NCBI GenBank assembly: GCA_044350705.1
Contig: JBILHA010000001.1
Span: 244,242 to 308,241 of the forward strand
Reading direction: 5' to 3'
DNA: 64,000 nt
From: Candidatus Kapaibacterium sp.
GTDB taxonomy: Bacteria; Patescibacteriota; Patescibacteriia; UBA9934
Of this stretch, positions 58,690-64,000 are shown in pieces. The number at the start of each line of letters is the position of its first letter. The stretch's first letter is position 1. Made by a program: the position numbers and the translations under genes. The notes beneath the pieces are model-generated. The model worked only from the letters and a program-made list of their open reading frames with translations. It was not told the DNA's origin and searched no databases.

Positions 58690-60180
58690 ATGTCTTTGAA
58701 GCGTTCCCCCTGGATTCATCAGTTGCCTTCTCGCGCTCCCTTTTCTTCGTTCGAGAAGTCATTTGACGCTGATGTTGTCGTGGTTGGTGCCGGTATTGCT
58801 GGTGTAAGTACCGCCTATTTTTTACTTACGCAAACATCGCGTTCTGTGGTCGTGCTTGAGGCATCCATGATTGCCCATGGAGCAACTGGGCATAATGCCG
58901 GGCAGGCGGTTCGATATTTTGAGCGATCATTTGCTGACATGATTGAGGAATTCGGTGCTGATGCAGTGGCTGAAGGACAGCGATTGGTCGATGATGCATT
59001 CTTGGATTTAGAGCGCATTGCGCACGATGAGCAGTTGTCGGTACGACTATCCGTAGTCACCGGTTACGCAGGTTTACAAGATCGAGCGACGATTGAGCGC
59101 ATGGCGAGCGATATTCTCGTGCAAAAGCGTCTCGGATTGGAGACCGAGGAACTTTTACTTGCAAAAGGTGTTGCTTCCTTGAGGGGTTTGCCTCGAGAAA
59201 TTCATGATCTTGCAACATGGCTTCCAAAAAAAGATCTTCTCTCTCTCCTGGGAACGACGAATAGTGCCTACATTGGAGCATTGGCGGGAAAGAAGGGCTG
59301 TTTAAATAGCGCGCTGTTTACTGAAGATCTTTTTCACATACTCCTTAAAAAATATCCTCAACGGTTAAAGATTTTTGAACAGTCACCCGTTTCTCGTGTA
59401 TCTATTCACTCGCGTCGTATAGAGCTTGAAGTTGGTAAAAAGAAGATACGTGCGCGTGATGTGGTGTTGTGTACGAACGGATTTGAGCACTTCTCTTTGC
59501 AGGATGGCAATGGTGATGTGCTTAATCGTTGGTTTCATCGAACGGTACGGGGATCGATAGGATATATGGCGGGGTATTTAGAGGAGCGAAGCGCTTCTCC
59601 GGCGATTGTGAGTTTTTTGCCGCCGTATAAGGAATCTTCCAATGTACAGGAAACCGATCCGTACATGTATGTCACTCGGCGTCCCTATGAGTACTCTCCT
59701 GGCGCTCATGCAAATCTTGTATGTGTGGGAGGGCCGGAACGAATTCTTGATAATACCGCTTCGTATAAACGAGAGCATGCCTATCCTGTAGCGGCATCAC
59801 GACAGATATCCTCGTTCTTGCAAGAGACCTGGAGACGTTCGGGGAGAAGAAAGGGTTTTGATTTTTTGTGGCACGGACTCATGGGTTACACGCCGAATGG
59901 TGTTCGTCTGGTCGGTCCTGATATTGAACATCCGCATCTTTGGTATAACTTAGGATGTAATGGCGTAGGTATCCTTACATCTGTCATGGGAGGGAAGCGT
60001 ATTGCATTGCAGATGCGAGGAGATCATCTCGCGCCTTCAATGTTTGATGTAGTTCATGAGAGGGGTTTGCAGAAGCTGCACATTGGTCAGCGAATTTTTG
60101 TCTATACGTTATTTGTTTTTGGCTTGGTATTAGGGTTAGGATTGGGGGGATTTTTATCCATCAGCCTCTTTTTTAGGTGA
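58690..60180 (+). CDS. FAD-dependent oxidoreductase (DAO family) with a C-terminal TM anchor
   Basis: N-terminal dinucleotide motif VVVVGAGIAGVSTAYFL. Confidence 0.55.
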   Translation: MSLKRSPWIHQLPSRAPFSSFEKSFDADVVVVGAGIAGVSTAYFLLTQTSRSVVVLEASMIAHGATGHNAGQAVRYFERSFADMIEEFGADAVAEGQRLVDDAFLDLERIAHDEQLSVRLSVVTGYAGLQDRATIERMASDILVQKRLGLETEELLLAKGVASLRGLPREIHDLATWLPKKDLLSLLGTTNSAYIGALAGKKGCLNSALFTEDLFHILLKKYPQRLKIFEQSPVSRVSIHSRRIELEVGKKKIRARDVVLCTNGFEHFSLQDGNGDVLNRWFHRTVRGSIGYMAGYLEERSASPAIVSFLPPYKESSNVQETDPYMYVTRRPYEYSPGAHANLVCVGGPERILDNTASYKREHAYPVAASRQISSFLQETWRRSGRRKGFDFLWHGLMGYTPNGVRLVGPDIEHPHLWYNLGCNGVGILTSVMGGKRIALQMRGDHLAPSMFDVVHERGLQKLHIGQRIFVYTLFVFGLVLGLGLGGFLSISLFFR

Positions 60181-60562
60181 TCTGTTTTATTATGAGTGTT
60201 GCGATGATGGCGGTAGCGGCGCTGACGAATGTTCCCCATGTGATGTCGACGAGTGTCATTGAGAGCGGCCAATTTTTGAGAGTTGCGTGATTTGTGAGAT
60301 CATAGGTTGCATAGGCGATAAATCCAAAGCAAGCTCCAGTGAACGCAATCTTGCTTAAGGGTTCATCATATTTCTGTATTATGACAAAATAGGTGAGACC
60401 ACCGGCATAGATCGGGTAAAATAGGAGAATGGGCCACCAGGTGGGTTCAGTGGCCATGAGATGGCCGATGCGGGAATTGTAGAAATGTTTCGCAACGAGT
60501 ATGAGCCAGCATGCATCGAGGAGAATGAGCGGAATAAGAGTTGCGAAATAATGGAGAATCAT
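60173..60562 (-). CDS. Small integral membrane protein (DUF2177-like)
   Basis: Four TM helices. Confidence 0.35.
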   Translation of the reverse strand: MILHYFATLIPLILLDACWLILVAKHFYNSRIGHLMATEPTWWPILLFYPIYAGGLTYFVIIQKYDEPLSKIAFTGACFGFIAYATYDLTNHATLKNWPLSMTLVDITWGTFVSAATAIIATLIIKQIT

Positions 60563-60585
60563 ATATTGCTAGCATAGCACTTTTT

Positions 60586-61089
60586 ATGCGACTTCCTACG
60601 CGTAAATCAGAAAAAGAACGCGATCTTCGTGAGGATGATCCGCATATTACTCAAGCTGCGTTCGATCGAATGACGCGCGAGCTTGCTCGACTGCAAAAAG
60701 AGCGTATTCCCGCTGCTGAAGAAGTTGCTCGTACGGCAGCGATGGGGGATTTGTCTGAGAATGCAGCGTATCAATATGCCAAGCAGCAGCTTCGGAGTAT
60801 GCTCAGTCGAATTACTCGGTTGGAGTTGATGCTCGCACGTGCGGTGATTATTCCCGAGAACGTTTCTGAGGATGGGGTGATTCGTTTAGGGAGTACCGTG
60901 ACTGTCCGAACGGGAGAAAAAGAATATACTTGGAAAATTCTGGGAGAACGTGAAGTGCGTCCTGGGGCAGGGCAGATTTCTTATCATTCCCCGGTCGGGA
61001 ATGCCCTTTTAGGGCATCGCGTGGGGGAAGAGGTTCTTGTGCGCCTTGGTGACCGAACGGTTGTTTATTTTGTTCTTTCCGTTTTGTAA
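60586..61089 (+). CDS. greA: Transcription elongation factor GreA
   Basis: Coiled-coil N-terminus with the conserved acidic tip …DLSENAAYQYAKQ… and FKBP-like C-terminal domain …SYHSPVGNALLGHRVGEEV…. Confidence 0.85.
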   Translation: MRLPTRKSEKERDLREDDPHITQAAFDRMTRELARLQKERIPAAEEVARTAAMGDLSENAAYQYAKQQLRSMLSRITRLELMLARAVIIPENVSEDGVIRLGSTVTVRTGEKEYTWKILGEREVRPGAGQISYHSPVGNALLGHRVGEEVLVRLGDRTVVYFVLSVL

Positions 61090-61091
61090 GT

Positions 61092-62030
61092 ATGATCCCC
61101 CCTCCTCTTCAAAGATCTTTGCTCCGTGGTGAAATTGCTGATTATCGATTGTATTGCTCGCTTGAACGGCATGCCGGTCCTGAATTTCAGAAGATGCTTC
61201 GTGGATTTATTGCTACCGAAGAAGCACATATCGCATTTTGGAAAAAACGTTTTGCGCTTGATGTCGTTTCTTTGCGTTTTGAGGATCGGTTTCGTAATGC
61301 GGTTATTTTGTTTTTTGTTCGATGCTTGGGTGATAGGGCGGGATATGTTTTTTTGGAGGCGGTAGAGACGCATGGAATAAAAAAATATTTGGATTTATGG
61401 GCGGGTGTTGAAGATCGCGAAGTTCGAGAGGGATTGCGCTCGATTCTTACTGATGAATTGCTTCACGAAGATGAGGCTGCAACGGGAGGGAAGAGGACGG
61501 TGCGTGCTGACGTTGTACGGAATGCATTTTTAGGCTTTAACGATGGCTCGGTAGAAATTTTAGGTGCGGTTACTGGGCTTGTGGCGGCACTTGGGCGTCC
61601 GGATCTTGTTTTTCTTTCGGCGCTCACGGTTTCTGTGGCGGGAAGTCTTTCCATGGCAGCAGGAGCATTCCTTGCTGCTCACGGAGAGCGTGAAATGCGC
61701 ATTCTCGAACAGCAGAAAGATCTCTTTTTGGGAAATGAAGGCGCGCATGCTGATGACATAGGGTCGCCACTTGGTTCGGCGGCTATTGTTGGCATTGGAT
61801 ATTTGTTTGGCGCCGCAGTGCCGGTATTGCCGTTTGCGTTTGGCGCAGCAACTCCGGTATGGTCAATTTTCTTTTCCGGTGCGCTTATCCTCATTGTTTC
61901 GGCATGTCTCGCTTTTTTGTCGGGCATGAGCATACGTCGTCGTCTTTTTTTGAACGGCATGATTATTGCCGTGACCGTTTGCATTTCTTTGGTTATCGGG
62001 ATGCTTCTTGACCGTTTTTTGGTTGTGTAA
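61092..62030 (+). CDS. VIT1/CCC1-family Fe/Mn transporter with an N-terminal ferritin-like (rubrerythrin-type) domain
   Basis: Ferritin-like EE…H motifs N-terminally, a five-TM VIT family C-terminal half. Confidence 0.65.
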   Translation: MIPPPLQRSLLRGEIADYRLYCSLERHAGPEFQKMLRGFIATEEAHIAFWKKRFALDVVSLRFEDRFRNAVILFFVRCLGDRAGYVFLEAVETHGIKKYLDLWAGVEDREVREGLRSILTDELLHEDEAATGGKRTVRADVVRNAFLGFNDGSVEILGAVTGLVAALGRPDLVFLSALTVSVAGSLSMAAGAFLAAHGEREMRILEQQKDLFLGNEGAHADDIGSPLGSAAIVGIGYLFGAAVPVLPFAFGAATPVWSIFFSGALILIVSACLAFLSGMSIRRRLFLNGMIIAVTVCISLVIGMLLDRFLVV

Positions 62031-62050
62031 GGCTAAAAACAGCGCAGCTT

Positions 62051-62079
62051 GCTTTCTCCTTGCTTCTTTTAGAAAAATA
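62051..62079 (+). promoter_or_regulatory. Candidate sigma70 promoter (TTGCTT, 17-nt spacer, TATAGT) giving a ~170-nt 5' UTR for the DEAD-box helicase gene
   Basis: Hexamers and spacing read from the sequence. Confidence 0.4.
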
Positions 62080-62250
62080 AGCTATAGTAAGCGTAATCTT
62101 GGGACTTCGCGAGAATCTTCTCAAGTACCCGTTTTCTGCAAACCCCGACGTCTTGGATGCGTGTGGTGCCGGAAACGGACCATATTCATCGACGTTTTTT
62201 GTTTTGTCATTTTCAATGATCGTGAGCAAAGGACGTTCTAGTCTTTTTTT

Positions 62251-63615
62251 ATGACGTCTTCTTCGGAAACTACGTTTGGCATGCTTGGCATGCATCCGTC
62301 ACTTCTTACTCATTTAACGGCCATGGGTTTTGTTACTCCCACTCCTATTCAGGCACAGGCTATTCCTGTTGCGCTTACGGGAGTTGATGTCCTCGGCATC
62401 GCTCAAACTGGAACGGGTAAAACGCTTGCGTTTGCGCTTCCCATGATTGAGCGCCTGGCAAAGACCAAGGGTCGTGGCCTTGTCCTTCTTCCTACTCGCG
62501 AACTTGCGGTACAGGTGGAAGAAACCATGCGTAAAGTTGCATCAAAATTCGGTGCGCGTACCGCGCTTCTTATTGGTGGTGTTGCAATGGGTCCTCAAGA
62601 AAAACTTTTGCGTACTAACCCGCATATTATTGTTGCAACTCCTGGTCGCTTAATTGATCATCTTTCACAAAAAACGGTAAAGCTCGATCAGATCGAAGTA
62701 CTGGTTTTCGATGAAGCAGATCGCATGCTTGATATGGGATTCGCTCCTCAGATCGAACGAATTCTTACAACCGTTCCTCCTCAGCGTCAGACCATGCTCT
62801 TTTCTGCAACCATGCCGGTGGAGATTGCGCGTATTGCAAGTAAATATATGCGTCAGCCGGTACGTATTGAAGTAGCTCCCCCTGGACTTACCGTTGATAA
62901 AATTGCACAAGAGATTATTGTTACTGAAAAGCAGAATAAACAGGCCATGCTCGAACAAGTACTTAAAGAGCATGCGGGTACTATTATTGTTTTTTCTCGC
63001 ACCAAGCATGGTGCAAGCCGTATTGCTCGTAACTTAAACGCTGCAGGAATTTCTGCTGCAGAAATGCACTCAGATCGTTCTCAGTCTCAACGCCAGCGTG
63101 CGCTTGATGGATTCAAGCGTGGGCAACACCGTGTGCTTGTCGCGACGGATATTGCTGCGCGTGGTATTGATGTTTCGAATATTACCGTTGTCGTAAACTT
63201 TGATCTTCCTGATAATCCTGAAGATTACGTACATCGTATTGGTCGTACGGGTCGTGCAGGACGTGATGGATTGGCTATTACCTTCGTAGAGCCTCAGCAA
63301 GCACGTGATGTTCAGGTGATCGAACGCCTTATTAAAAAGACGCTTCCTGAACGTGCAGGAACGCCCGTGCTTTCACGAGGTTTCTCATCATCAGCTTCTC
63401 GAGGAGGTTTCCAGAAGCGTGGAGGATTCTCTCGTGGCCCTCGTCATAATGATCGCTTTGGTCGTCGTGATAGTGGTGTCGGTCGTCCGTCACGTGGCTT
63501 TGCTTCTTTTGATGGACGTCCTACGCGCACGCAGCAGCGCTCTGCTCCTGTTGCTCCTTCCTCTTCTGCAGCTTCTGGTGGAGCGCGTCCACGTCGTGTG
63601 CATCTTGATGACTAA
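62251..63615 (+). CDS. DEAD-box ATP-dependent RNA helicase with an RGG/Arg-rich C-terminal tail
   Basis: Q-motif, AQTGTGKT, PTRELA, DEAD, SAT and HRIGRTGRAG motifs. Confidence 0.9.
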   Translation: MTSSSETTFGMLGMHPSLLTHLTAMGFVTPTPIQAQAIPVALTGVDVLGIAQTGTGKTLAFALPMIERLAKTKGRGLVLLPTRELAVQVEETMRKVASKFGARTALLIGGVAMGPQEKLLRTNPHIIVATPGRLIDHLSQKTVKLDQIEVLVFDEADRMLDMGFAPQIERILTTVPPQRQTMLFSATMPVEIARIASKYMRQPVRIEVAPPGLTVDKIAQEIIVTEKQNKQAMLEQVLKEHAGTIIVFSRTKHGASRIARNLNAAGISAAEMHSDRSQSQRQRALDGFKRGQHRVLVATDIAARGIDVSNITVVVNFDLPDNPEDYVHRIGRTGRAGRDGLAITFVEPQQARDVQVIERLIKKTLPERAGTPVLSRGFSSSASRGGFQKRGGFSRGPRHNDRFGRRDSGVGRPSRGFASFDGRPTRTQQRSAPVAPSSSAASGGARPRRVHLDD

Positions 63616-63695
63616 GAATAACCAAAAACGACATGAAAGTGTCGTTTTTGGTTATTGCAGTTTTGTTTCATTTTGATACCATTTTGGTATTTTGT

Positions 63696-64000
63696 ATGCA
63701 GACTCTTCTTGAAAAAGCTACTCGTCATGTCGCGGATGTTATTCGTGACGCGATCAAGCATTCTTCCGGCGCAAAGGCTTTGGTGGTTTTTGATCGTGAT
63801 TCCGGATTATCCTCGCTTCTTGCAGATGCGTATCAGTATGCTCTTCCGCAAGCGCAGATGATGGACTTTCGCGCTACTACTCCTGTAGAGGTACGGCAAA
63901 CTATTGATGCGCTTTCCCCCGGTGACTTAGTGGTTCTCGTGCAGTCGACGAGTTTTCGCTTAAATGAATTTCGTTTTCGTTTAGAGCTTTTTAACCGCAG
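63696..64000 (+). CDS. Hypothetical protein, 5' part only (runs off the window)
   Basis: ORF open to the window end; no motif recognised. Confidence 0.3.
   Translation, partial: MQTLLEKATRHVADVIRDAIKHSSGAKALVVFDRDSGLSSLLADAYQYALPQAQMMDFRATTPVEVRQTIDALSPGDLVVLVQSTSFRLNEFRFRLELFNR

Noticed and set aside
1-64000. CRISPR arrays, rRNA genes, transposases/integrases, toxin-antitoxin pairs
   Set aside because: No arrays of regularly spaced direct repeats were seen, and no rRNA-like conserved stretches. No DDE, serine or tyrosine recombinase motifs were recognised in any ORF. The XRE regulator has no adjacent small toxin-like partner.

Overview
Plus-strand window from a small, moderately AT-rich bacterial genome whose gene content looks like a reduced-genome (CPR/Patescibacteria-like) lineage. 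Most genes are housekeeping: lepA, mnmA, ccdA, a P-type ATPase, murD/murE, ftsE/ftsX, a contiguous uvrB-uvrA-uvrC operon, mraZ-rsmH-ftsL, gpmI, CCA enzyme, nth, manC, mltG, uvrD, malic enzyme, UDP-glucose dehydrogenase, class I RNR nrdB/nrdA, a class B PBP, greA and a DEAD-box helicase. Four tRNAs were identified by hand: Lys-TTT, Gly-CCC, Thr-CGT and Gln-TTG. No CRISPR array, rRNA or obvious transposase/integrase was found. Sequence-level observations that annotation would not explain: (1) a roughly 45-nt near-identical G-rich hairpin-containing segment inserted in frame into two unrelated essential genes, mnmA and uvrA. (2) Two long-stem structured RNA-like elements of matching architecture (19-20 bp closing helix, 35/18/35-nt interior with a TAAAT-loop hairpin) that each end 1-3 nt before a tRNA 5' end. 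(3) A duplicated tRNA-Lys 3' end plus an inverted T-arm fragment downstream of tRNA-Lys, resembling an integration scar. (4) A high-GC island carrying a histidine-phosphatase gene between two paralogous, partly split PEP-utilising enzyme genes. (5) A 19-bp perfect palindrome pair in the promoter region of a small XRE regulator. All calls come from manual motif recognition; nothing was searched against a database.
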